Shown: in pieces, positions 29,700 through 37,779 of the stretch
Layout of the letters: every line of letters begins with the position of its first letter
Position numbering within the stretch: position 1 is the stretch's first letter
DNA from: a virus
Length of the DNA: 64,000 bases
Strand: one strand, 5' to 3'
Virus record (IMG/VR): IMGVR_UViG_3300037420_001954
Span: 9,836 to 73,835 of that record
Translations under genes and position numbers: made by a program
The notes under the pieces: generated by a model
The model's database searches: none
Told to the model about the DNA's origin: nothing
What the model saw: the letters and a program-made list of their open reading frames with translations, nothing else

Positions 29700-30336
29700 A
29701 ACGCGTACTTGGCGATTGCTGGGCCGTGGCGGGGTCTAGGAACGCTTTTTGCTTCCGACCCATATCGGTGGGTGGTTTTTGACCGAAAACCGTTTTACGG
29801 GCCGGTTCTGTTCGATTGCGAGGGGGTCTTGAGGGCGACCGCCAGGTCGTAGCCGGCCTGGAAGGTCTCGGCCACGACCGGCTCGTCGAGCCACCAGGCC
29901 ATGATCACGTACTTTTCGTCGATAATTTCGACGTCCATGTCCAAGGAATGCAGCAATTCGGCTCGTTTTCGTGAGATCGAGGCGATTCGGCGCGGTTTTT
30001 CGCGGCTTTTACGAGTTCGGAGCAGGGACGACGCCGGTTTTCGTAAGTACCGCGCAGTTGGCGACCCCGTGGGGACGTCGTCGGAAACCTTGGCTCCTAC
30101 CGGTATCTAAGCCGAGGCAGCAAGAATCGTAAAACGTGAGCGATTACGAGCAGTTAGAGGCGCGCCGGACGGAGATATGTGCGAAAAACACGGGGTTTTT
30201 GGGTCGGTCGGCGGCGCGGGCGGTCGGCGAAAGGTGAGACCTTGTATTACATAGTACAGCCATGTAAGTATTTGTATTGAATCTAGTATCGTTCGATCCT
30301 AGTCACGATCACAAGGCACTCGGCTCTGTCACTCCA

Positions 30337-30368
30337 CACCCCCTAGGTACTCTGTACCTAAGGGGGTG
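30337..30368. repeat. Inverted repeat CACCCCCTAGGTAC-tct-GTACCTAAGGGGGTG
   Basis: 14-bp arms with one bulge and a 3-nt loop, read directly. Confidence 0.85.
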
Positions 30369-30725
30369 GTCATGAGAGTGTGACCCGGGAACGGGAACGA
30401 AGGCGCGTCAAATGCAGTTTTGGCGGCGTTTTTTGGTGTTGTATAATACAAGCACACACGTACCCATGTAGACTGCAACCGGGAACGAAAAATCGCGGCC
30501 GATTCGTAGATCGACGCACTGCGGCTACGAGACGATCTGGCTGTGTTTGTATCGTTCCCGTATCGGGAACGCGGGTACGATACCGTTTTACGAGAGATCG
30601 ACAGGTCACGATTTCCACGAACAGGCCCAAATTTCAAAATTCCTGGGCTCGCACGGGCGTTCCCGCACCGTACCATAGGTTTTCGGCCTCCGTTCTGATC
30701 GGCGCCGACGGCCCCCAGAACGCCA

Positions 30726-30781
30726 AACTATCCCGACTGTAATTATCGAGGGCCACGCCAATAATTACAGTCGGGATAGTT
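30726..30781. repeat. Perfect 21-bp inverted repeat with 14-nt spacer
   Basis: AACTATCCCGACTGTAATTAT (30726-30746) and ATAATTACAGTCGGGATAGTT (30761-30781). Confidence 0.95.
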
Positions 30782-30801
30782 ACGTGTAGGCGTACGTAGG
30801 T

Positions 30802-31635
30802 CTAGGTAGACGCTGGCGGGAGGTTCGAGGGCGTCCTGCGCACGACACCTTGCGGCAGCTCTCCGCGTTTAGCTTGACCCGTCGCCAAATCGAATTTGCC
30901 CGCCTCGATGGCGTGGAGGATGCGCTGGACCGAATCGAGGTTCCATTTGCTCGACCCGCGCGGCGTAAGCAGACCCGAGGCGTTCAAGCGCTCCACCGTG
31001 CGGCGCTGCGAGAGCTTGTCCTTGAAAATGGCCTCGTGCACGGCCAAGACGACCTCTGGCGCCACGATGTCCTCGACGCGGCGCTGGCCGAGGTACTTGA
31101 CCGGCTCGCGACCTGCCGCGCGCTCGGCGGTGATGCGCCTTTTCACGTGGCTCAGGGCGTCTTTCGTGCGCTCACAGGTCATCTCGCGGTTGAACTCGTT
31201 GATCGCCGCGAGCATGGTGCGCATCAGCCTGCCCGACGGCGTGGAGACGTCGAAGGACTCCTTCACGGTCGAGAGCAAAAGCCCGCCGCGGTTAGGGTCG
31301 ACGAGCTCGAGGAGATCGGTCACTGAGCGCGACACGCGCGAAAAGTCGTAGGTGATGACCACGACCTCGTAGCCCTGCACCTCGAGTTCGGCCCGACGGT
31401 CGAGCAGGGCGGCCATCTGAGGGCGCGCGGCCGGCGGCAACGACCCCGACAGCCCCTCGTCGCGGAAAACGCGGTCTACGGCCAATCCTGTGCGCTCGGC
31501 GAGGAACCGGCACTGGGCCTCCTGCGAGTCGAGCGAGACGCCTTCCTCTGCCTGCTGGCCGGTCGATACGCGGGTGTACACCAAGGCCACGCGCGGGCGG
31601 TTGGCAGGGGGCGGGACTGGGGTTTTACGAGCCAT
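30802..31635 (-). CDS. Serine recombinase (resolvase-type catalytic domain plus short C-terminal DNA-binding domain)
   Basis: YTRVSTGQQ (catalytic Ser), DEGLSG, ARPQM, FSRVSRS, TPSGRLM; start re-called at ATG 31635. Confidence 0.92.
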   Translation of the reverse strand: MARKTPVPPPANRPRVALVYTRVSTGQQAEEGVSLDSQEAQCRFLAERTGLAVDRVFRDEGLSGSLPPAARPQMAALLDRRAELEVQGYEVVVITYDFSRVSRSVTDLLELVDPNRGGLLLSTVKESFDVSTPSGRLMRTMLAAINEFNREMTCERTKDALSHVKRRITAERAAGREPVKYLGQRRVEDIVAPEVVLAVHEAIFKDKLSQRRTVERLNASGLLTPRGSSKWNLDSVQRILHAIEAGKFDLATGQAKRGELPQGVVRRTPSNLPPAST

Positions 31636-31797
31636 CTGGAGGCACAATGGCATCTGCCGGTCGACAGGTCAAGGCCTCGACCTGAAGCCAGGTCAGTTAC
31701 AGCGTGCCTGTACTCGGATCTTTTTAGCCTCTGGGGCAATTTTCGGGGGGCCTCTCTCCACCCCGCGCGCGCGACCCCCCGCACCGGCCTCGAGCTC

Positions 31798-32038
31798 GGC
31801 ACGGACCGTGCAATGAGACGGAATCACGACGCGATGGCACGGACAATGATCGTGCCAACGGCCGAGCGACCGGCCTAACGAACGTCTGACAGGTCAGCCC
31901 TATCTACATCCCGCGCGAGCGTCGCCTCGATGGCACGGACAATGATCGTGCCAAACTCGCACGCGATACTCTCAGGCGTCTCCTGGCGGCGCGCTTATCT
32001 ACTCTTCGCGCGTGCGCTCACTAGGCACGGTACGTGCA
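31798..32038. repeat. Four GCACG...CGTGC dyads, including a perfect 27-bp direct repeat
   Basis: GGCACGGACCGTGCA 31798-31812; CGATGGCACGGACAATGATCGTGCCAA at 31832-31858 and 31928-31954; GGCACGGTACGTGCA 32024-32038. Confidence 0.85.
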
Positions 32039-32102
32039 TGACCTCGAGCTAGCGCGCTAAGTCTATGATATCATTCACTAGACAGTGTCAAGTCGTCCGG
32101 GC

Positions 32103-32221
32103 GTGTCAAAACGGACACAATGCGTGTCAAAAACAGACACAACAGATAACCATAGGTAATCACAAGTCAAAGATCGCGTAGTCGAGCTACTATCCCGATT
32201 GTGCCGTGTCTAGTTTGACAC
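32103..32221. promoter_or_regulatory. Three operator-like dyads GTGTC-N6/7-GACAC
   Basis: At 32103-32118, 32124-32140 and 32206-32221, in an AT-richer divergent intergenic region. Confidence 0.7.
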
Positions 32222-32228
32222 GCATGGC

Positions 32229-32475
32229 GACCGGCCGACCTGGCGAAGCCAGCGAAACTACGTGACCGGCCGACCTGGCATCGACCGTGCTTAGGCCCTA
32301 GTCCACGATGCCCACCGCGAACCTCTACACGGCTACCCCGGCCCTCTCTGACGTCCGCACGGCCGCGGCGAACCGCGTGCTCGCGGCGATCGAAGCGCTC
32401 CGCGCCTCGAAAAAGACCGCGTCGAAGTGAAAAGCGACCGGCCTAGTCGATTCTGACTTGACCGGCCGACCTGGC
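32229..32475. repeat. Three identical 16-mers GACCGGCCGACCTGGC
   Basis: At 32229-32244, 32264-32279 and 32460-32475. Confidence 0.85.
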
Positions 32476-32514
32476 GGAACCAAGATACCCGAACCGAACG
32501 AACGGAGCACGAAC

Positions 32515-32730
32515 ATGAATCTCGACCTCGACAGCCTCTCTGCAGAGATCACCACGCACTTTGTGTGGGCCGCCCCGGCTAACACGATCCAGAAAGTCAC
32601 CTACGAAGCGTACTCGAATCTCCTCGGTATGCGTGCCATCGAGCACACCGACTATCCCGAGCTGGCGAGCGAGGACGTCGCGCTCAAAGCCGCGCTCCTG
32701 GAAGCGGACCCGAGCGCGACCGAGTGGTGA
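32515..32730 (+). CDS. Hypothetical early protein
   Basis: GGAG upstream of ATG 32515; 71 aa. Confidence 0.65.
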   Translation: MNLDLDSLSAEITTHFVWAAPANTIQKVTYEAYSNLLGMRAIEHTDYPELASEDVALKAALLEADPSATEW

Positions 32731-32999
32731 CCCGCCGAGACCAGGACGAAACGCGCGAAAGCGCGTCCGCACGTAAGGCGTGCGCTGACGAGTCCAAGCG
32801 AACGAGGCGAAAGATGAACACGATCCGAGTGGTTACGAACCCGAGCCGTCACTCGTGCAAGCACACGAGTGACGGCGCTCTCAAGTCTGCCCTGCAACAC
32901 AATGACCCGAACAGCTATGCCTGGTCGTGTGTGCAAACTACCCGCGAGGGCGGTACGCCTCGCTTCGCTCAATATATGGGTATCGGAGGCTTCGCGTGA
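32724..32999 (+). CDS. Hypothetical early protein
   Basis: 91 aa, overlaps both neighbours. Confidence 0.45.
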   Translation: MVTRRDQDETRESASARKACADESKRTRRKMNTIRVVTNPSRHSCKHTSDGALKSALQHNDPNSYAWSCVQTTREGGTPRFAQYMGIGGFA

Positions 33000-33319
33000 A
33001 GTCGTCCACGGTGCATATCCTGGCCTCGGCCGCGGCCATTATCGGGGCGTTGCTCACGATGGCATCGGACGCCGACGCGAAACCGAAACACGACGGCCGA
33101 CTGGTCGAGAAAGACTGGCCCATCGTGTACCGCACCGACGTGGCCCGCGCGGACGGCGCGAAGGGTACTTGCCCCGTGCGTATCAGCACCGACGGGAAGG
33201 AATGGCCTAGGCCCCAAACTAATTACGTGTGGGTTGGCCTAGATGCGAATTGCGAGGCCTCGGGTTTGGCAGTGCACGAGAACGTGACGCGGAATAACGC
33301 GGACCCGAACCAGCGCTAG
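32996..33319 (+). CDS. Putative secreted/periplasmic protein
   Basis: GTG start; signal peptide ending ADA-KPK. Confidence 0.6.
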   Translation: MKSSTVHILASAAAIIGALLTMASDADAKPKHDGRLVEKDWPIVYRTDVARADGAKGTCPVRISTDGKEWPRPQTNYVWVGLDANCEASGLAVHENVTRNNADPNQR

Positions 33320-33374
33320 TTAGTTAGCGGCCCTTGGCCGCTAGCGAGCCACCGCGCCTTCACTAATAACTATA

Positions 33375-33430
33375 TATAGCCCGTAACGGCCGCGCCTCGA
33401 GAGGGGTTTGCGGCCTGGGGCACTGTAACC
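33375..33430 (+). promoter_or_regulatory. Start-associated hairpin H1 ending CTGTAACC-ATG
   Basis: TATAG/CTGTA, CCC/GGG and GGCCGC/GCGGCC pairings; apical CCTC-GAGA-GGGG. Confidence 0.65.
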
Positions 33431-34036
33431 ATGCCCACTACCAACGATACCCGTGCGTCCCTTGCCCTCATACTCGCCGCGGCGACTGACCTCGATTCGG
33501 TGGACTTCTTTCTGTCGGATTCGGATCGGCCGCTAACGCTAATCAACGAGGCGGGATCGTTGTCCGATACTTCGGCCTTTTTCCTCGCCGGTTTCGAGTT
33601 TGGCCCATCGTGGATTATCCACGTGGACGCGTACCGAGGCGCTGGTTTTGAGCCTGCGTATGAGGCTTGGGTGGATGCGTTGCCCGAGATCGATGCGGAG
33701 GACTTGCCCGAGGCGTATACCGATCCGCGCGACGAGGAAAACCGCACTTTCGATGATATCGCCCGCGAGCGAATGCACACCGCAAAGCCTTGCCCGCAAT
33801 ACCATGAACGGGAGGCTTGGGAATCGTACCAGGCAGAGCGAAAGGCGCTAGCGAAACGCTTGCTCGAGGAGTGCGTGGAAGCCGCGCGAGCGAATTGTGA
33901 GGACTGGCCTGAAGTGGCCGAGGGCTATCGCGAGGACAGCAACGGCCGGGTGAAAGACCTTGGCCACTACGAAAACTTCTATGAGGCCGACTTGGCCGAG
34001 ATCGAAGTGCGCCCGAAAGCCAAAAAGGAGGGATGA
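33431..34036 (+). CDS. Acidic hypothetical early protein
   Basis: 201 aa, Asp/Glu-rich. Confidence 0.8.
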   Translation: MPTTNDTRASLALILAAATDLDSVDFFLSDSDRPLTLINEAGSLSDTSAFFLAGFEFGPSWIIHVDAYRGAGFEPAYEAWVDALPEIDAEDLPEAYTDPRDEENRTFDDIARERMHTAKPCPQYHEREAWESYQAERKALAKRLLEECVEAARANCEDWPEVAEGYREDSNGRVKDLGHYENFYEADLAEIEVRPKAKKEG

Positions 34037-34063
34037 ACAACGACTAGCCACTAAACCAAAAAC

Positions 34064-34122
34064 GGTTACACCCAGCGCGCCTTGGCCTTTATCGGTCGAT
34101 GCGCGCTTAGGGTGCTGTAACC
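34064..34122 (+). promoter_or_regulatory. Start-associated hairpin H2 ending CTGTAACC-ATG
   Basis: GGTTAC/GTAACC, ACCC/GGGT and AGCGCGC/GCGCGCT pairings. Confidence 0.7.
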
Positions 34123-34851
34123 ATGGACATCAAGTGCGTAGTGTGTGGGGAGCCTTGGGATGCGTACGGCGTGAATCACGGCGATATGCTGCCTTGGGAG
34201 GCCAAGTTATTCAAAGCTGGTGCGGGTTGTCCGTCGTGTGAAGGCGTACCCAATGGGTATGAGCCGGCGACGATGGATGACATCGAGAACGGAGACGAGG
34301 ACCCGATCGAGCGCATCCACGCTCGCCTTGATCATGAATCTGGCAACGCGCCTAAGTGGAAGCGTCCCGAGGACCCGGTCTTGTGGGAGTGCGCCGGATG
34401 CGGCGTGCAAGCTATCAAAGACATCGATACTGGAGACTTGGCTTACCGAGTCCCGTACAAGTCGAAGGCACGTAGCTGGTACAGCAGCCATCCGTTTTCG
34501 TGCAACGAGCCGGATGAGGAGCCGGCGCACGTTTTCGACGATGAAACGGCCGTGTGCGAGTTTTGCCTCTCGCACTGCGATCATTGCGGCGAAGCCATGT
34601 GCACGTACGTGGAAGGCTTGGACGGGTTCTACCTGCAGAACCATGACGTGACGTTGTGCGGTGAAGATTGCCTGTGCGCATGGGAGGATGAAGAAGCCCA
34701 AGAGCTTTGGCGTACAGGTTTCACCGACGCGGAGCGACTAGAAGCCATTCGCGATGGCCTATACGACGTCGAATACTACGATTGGAAAGACCTCTTGGCC
34801 CAAGTGCGCGGGCGTTACTTCCGCGGCTGTGCAAGTGAGCTAATCGGCTAA
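34123..34851 (+). CDS. Acidic, Cys-rich (multiple CxxC) early protein
   Basis: CVVCGEPWD, CPSC, CAGC, CEFCLSHCDHC; 242 aa. Confidence 0.8.
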   Translation: MDIKCVVCGEPWDAYGVNHGDMLPWEAKLFKAGAGCPSCEGVPNGYEPATMDDIENGDEDPIERIHARLDHESGNAPKWKRPEDPVLWECAGCGVQAIKDIDTGDLAYRVPYKSKARSWYSSHPFSCNEPDEEPAHVFDDETAVCEFCLSHCDHCGEAMCTYVEGLDGFYLQNHDVTLCGEDCLCAWEDEEAQELWRTGFTDAERLEAIRDGLYDVEYYDWKDLLAQVRGRYFRGCASELIG

Positions 34852-34873
34852 AGGCAAAGGCGGCAAACTACAA

Positions 34874-34934
34874 TTACAGCCCCACAAGAGCTCGGTTTGG
34901 CCATGCGTCGAACCGGGCTAGGGGCGCTGTAACC
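34874..34934 (+). promoter_or_regulatory. Start-associated hairpin H3 ending CTGTAACC-ATG
   Basis: TTACAGC/GCTGTAA, CCC/GGG and GCTCGGTT/AACCGGGC pairings. Confidence 0.7.
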
Positions 34935-35378
34935 ATGCAAAAACTGACCAACCGAGAAGTGCCTTGTGACTGGCGCGTTATCCGAGTGAATTGGACTCGT
35001 GAATGCGGCGAGGCGTTTACTAAGGAGCGCCAGATCAAAGAGTTAGGTATCTACTACCTAGTGGACGTGAACCTTCATGTTCATATCTGCTCTTTTACGC
35101 CGGTCTATGAAGCTTGGCCTATGTGCGCCTACGTCGTTTTCGAAAGCGACGACGCCGCAGACAGAGACGAGGGGGAAACGGAATTGGAATTGCTCAATTC
35201 AGAGGAGGCCTGCTCGTACTTTGGTACGGAGATCGGCCTCGCGCCTGGCTCTAGCAGGCCCTTGTCCGATTACATGCTTGCGGATGAGCAAGAGCCTGAG
35301 GAGTCAGACGAGGACTACCGACGCCGCGTGGCGGATCAGGCTCGCGAATACTTTGCAGGCAACCCCTGCGAATTCTAG
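34935..35378 (+). CDS. Acidic hypothetical early protein
   Basis: 147 aa with an E/D-rich C-terminal half. Confidence 0.8.
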   Translation: MQKLTNREVPCDWRVIRVNWTRECGEAFTKERQIKELGIYYLVDVNLHVHICSFTPVYEAWPMCAYVVFESDDAADRDEGETELELLNSEEACSYFGTEIGLAPGSSRPLSDYMLADEQEPEESDEDYRRRVADQAREYFAGNPCEF

Positions 35379-35385
35379 GAGCGAC

Positions 35386-35565
35386 GTGAAAACCACCTAC
35401 CGATCATTTGGCCGCGGGGTCGCGGTCCGTTGGGATAACGCCAAACAGCAATACGAGGTCTTGGTCCGCGGCTCGAAGGTGTACCGGACCGCGGAGAAGC
35501 GTAACGCATACGACTATGCCGAATCGCTGCTAGGCGGGTCTCACGATAACGATGGAGGCGAGTAA
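35386..35565 (+). CDS. Hypothetical early protein
   Basis: GTG start after AGGAG; 59 aa. Confidence 0.55.
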   Translation: MKTTYRSFGRGVAVRWDNAKQQYEVLVRGSKVYRTAEKRNAYDYAESLLGGSHDNDGGE

Positions 35566-35759
35566 TGGTCGAGGTCTTTCAGCACCCACAAGACTACCAA
35601 CTAGAGCCCTACGAGGACGGCACGCCCCGCGAACCGGGTTGGTATTACTGGTACTTGGAGCCAGGGTGTTTGCCGGATACCGAACCGCTCGGCCCTTTCG
35701 ATTCGGAGGAAGAGGCCTTGGCTAATGCAGAAGCTGAAGCGGACGATCACTACCCGTAG
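35565..35759 (+). CDS. Acidic hypothetical protein
   Basis: 64 aa; GWYYW...PLGPFDSEEEA. Confidence 0.7.
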   Translation: MVEVFQHPQDYQLEPYEDGTPREPGWYYWYLEPGCLPDTEPLGPFDSEEEALANAEAEADDHYP

Positions 35760-35816
35760 TGGCCAATTAGCCCGCGTGTGCCCTAACCGGCGCCGCGGGC
35801 TTGGCCGGCTGTAACC
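35757..35816 (+). promoter_or_regulatory. Start-associated hairpin H4 ending CTGTAACC-ATG
   Basis: GGCCAA/TTGGCC and AGCCCGCG/CGCGGGCT pairings. Confidence 0.7.
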
Positions 35817-36395
35817 ATGACCATTTTACGCCAAGGGTTTGGGGGATACGTTTCCGCGGGCGACTGCCTTAGCGCCGAGCACGAGGGTTTCACGATCGTC
35901 GCCACGCTGCACGCCGACGATGACCAAGACCCGCCGTGGGAGCGCGAGGACGGCCACGGGCCCGTGTACACGACGAAGCACCCTAAAGCGGGCTGGCGTC
36001 GGCTGACCTACGAGGCCGATCCCACCTACTACTACGATTACGAAGGCGCCTTGGCCTTGGCCATGCGCGACCATTGGGGGCCGCGAGGCGGGGATAGGCC
36101 GGGGCTCTCCCGTGAGGACAACGCCAAGCTGGCGGTAGAAGAGGATTACGAGGCCTTGCGCGCGTGGTGCGAGGACGAATGGCGCTACTACGGCGTGGCC
36201 GTGACCGTGTCCAAGGCCGGCGTCCAATTGACGGGCGAATACGATCACGCGGTTTGGGGGATCGAGGGCAATTACCCCGGCGGCGATAACTCTTACTTCC
36301 CGGAAGTAGCGAATCAGCTCGCCGAAGAGGCTTTGGACGCGGCGAAAGAGACCCTGAAAACGTTGTGCGAGTGCGAAGGAGTCGACCATGTCTGA
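35817..36395 (+). CDS. Acidic phage early protein
   Basis: 192 aa; PPWEREDGHGPV...LRAWCEDEWRYYGV...VWGIE. Confidence 0.8.
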   Translation: MTILRQGFGGYVSAGDCLSAEHEGFTIVATLHADDDQDPPWEREDGHGPVYTTKHPKAGWRRLTYEADPTYYYDYEGALALAMRDHWGPRGGDRPGLSREDNAKLAVEEDYEALRAWCEDEWRYYGVAVTVSKAGVQLTGEYDHAVWGIEGNYPGGDNSYFPEVANQLAEEALDAAKETLKTLCECEGVDHV

Positions 36396-36888
36396 TAGGA
36401 AACTTGCGAGCTACTTCACGACGGTCGAGCGCGTCACGCCGAATACCAGGCTGCAGGTCTGGTGCTTGACCGACGCCGCGCCGCAATGGCTCCGTGATGC
36501 CGTGTACGCGGCCCACTACGACGGTAAGGACCTCCCGAACGACTGGATCTACTCCGAGGTCCGCGACGTGTGCCTTGCCATCGACGATGAGCAATTCGAC
36601 GCCAATGAGGACTACCGCCAAGACCACGGCCAGATTCACGAGTACGCGGACGCGGCCGTCGATATCTACACGCGCGGCTTGTACCAGTGGCAAGCGGACA
36701 TGTGCCAAACGGACACCTACGCGTACGCCGAGGAGCGCTTGGCCGATATGGGCAGTGACGACGCGAAGGGTGAGAAGCGCGTGGCCATGCTCCAATACTG
36801 CGCGATCGAGTACATCGCGGAAACCGTCGTGAACGCTTGGGCGGAATCGCTCGACGCGGACGACGACCAAGAAGAAAACGACGAGTGA
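36388..36888 (+). CDS. Ocr-like DNA-mimic anti-restriction protein
   Basis: HGQIHEYADAAVDIYTRGLY resembles T7 gp0.3 [20 protein letters not shown] (compared from memory); highly acidic with an acidic tail. Confidence 0.65.
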   Translation: MSDRKLASYFTTVERVTPNTRLQVWCLTDAAPQWLRDAVYAAHYDGKDLPNDWIYSEVRDVCLAIDDEQFDANEDYRQDHGQIHEYADAAVDIYTRGLYQWQADMCQTDTYAYAEERLADMGSDDAKGEKRVAMLQYCAIEYIAETVVNAWAESLDADDDQEENDE

Positions 36889-36965
36889 CCCGCACGGCCG
36901 ACTCGAGGCCGCTCGGCCCCTTACCAAACGCGCGGGTGACGCCCGCCCCCACTAAAAACCCCATA

Positions 36966-37024
36966 GCCCGCTTGGCAGTCGCCCGCCCCAAGGCGCGCGG
37001 TCGGTTCGATTCCGACGACGGGCC
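36966..37024 (+). ncRNA. D-armless tRNA-like element
   Basis: T arm GTCGG-TTCGATT-CCGAC; acceptor GCCCGcT/GaCGGGC; no D stem and no clear anticodon loop. Confidence 0.35.
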
Positions 37025-37059
37025 CTACGTCCAGCGAATTACCCCACTAACGAGTACCC

Positions 37060-37293
37060 ATGCGCATCGACCCCAAAGACGTACAGGACGCACGCCTCGA
37101 CGCACACGCGATCAAGGTCTTGGCCGAGCTGCTGATTCAGCGCATCCAGGAAGATGGGAGCGTGCTCGGCGCCGAGGGGTTTTGGCTCGATCTGAACGCG
37201 ATCGAGGCGATGGTGCGGTCGTTGCGCAATTACCCCGTAATCGAAACCAACGAGCCGAGCGACGTGCCGGCCCCTGCTACCGACGAGGACTAG
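37060..37293 (+). CDS. Hypothetical protein
   Basis: 77 aa, co-oriented in the early operon. Confidence 0.65.
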   Translation: MRIDPKDVQDARLDAHAIKVLAELLIQRIQEDGSVLGAEGFWLDLNAIEAMVRSLRNYPVIETNEPSDVPAPATDED

Positions 37294-37297
37294 GCGA

Positions 37298-37537
37298 ATG
37301 AAACTCGTAGACGAAGCACTGTGCGTGGAAGTGCATATCGGTAGCGTCGAAGACTTGGCCAAAGCGGTCGAGCGCTTGCGCGAGCACGCCATCTTCAATT
37401 CGCCTAGTGACGAGGTCGACTCCGAGCCTTTTGCGGAGCAATTCTTTCTTGCCGCCGTGGCCTTGCTCGATCAGGCGCACCGAAACCTGATGTTGGCCGA
37501 GCTGCATCTGCGACGCGCGCGGAGGCCTGTGCCGTGA
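37298..37537 (+). CDS. Hypothetical protein
   Basis: 79 aa. Confidence 0.65.
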   Translation: MKLVDEALCVEVHIGSVEDLAKAVERLREHAIFNSPSDEVDSEPFAEQFFLAAVALLDQAHRNLMLAELHLRRARRPVP

Positions 37538-37779
37538 GAACGAAACGGAAGCAAAAACGAAAGGCGCGTTTACCCGCTCGCCCTAAGCCCGCTACGCGAG
37601 CCACGAGGCCAGACCCGTTTGGACGCTCGATGCCTGATCTAGTGGAGGGAGAGGAGCGCGATCAGCTTTGGTTTGAGGACATGTGCCCTTGTTGCCTCGA
37701 TCGTCTTTACGAGATTGAGGAAAGCAAACGCGCGAAAGCCTACGTGGATTTGTATCCACATTTGAACGGAGTGCTCTAA
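37534..37779 (+). CDS. Hypothetical protein
   Basis: 81 aa, GTGA coupling. Confidence 0.55.
   Translation: MRTKRKQKRKARLPARPKPATRATRPDPFGRSMPDLVEGEERDQLWFEDMCPCCLDRLYEIEESKRAKAYVDLYPHLNGVL

Noticed and set aside
29795-29938. 47-aa minus-strand ORF MDVEIIDEKYVIMAWW...
   Set aside because: Composition is plausible but it has no clear RBS or motif; too weak to call.
30802-31635. IS607-like transposon or large serine integrase
   Set aside because: There is no N-terminal MerR-type HTH or tnpB, and the protein is too short for a full large serine integrase.
32229-32475. Possible CRISPR array
   Set aside because: The repeats are only 16 bp, spacing is irregular (19 and 180 nt), and there is no cas operon. 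The Cas4-like nuclease is a common stand-alone phage gene.
33375-35816. Canonical integron attC sites
   Set aside because: Polarity is GTT...AAC rather than RYYYAAC...GTTRRRY and no tyrosine integrase is present. Kept only as an analogy.
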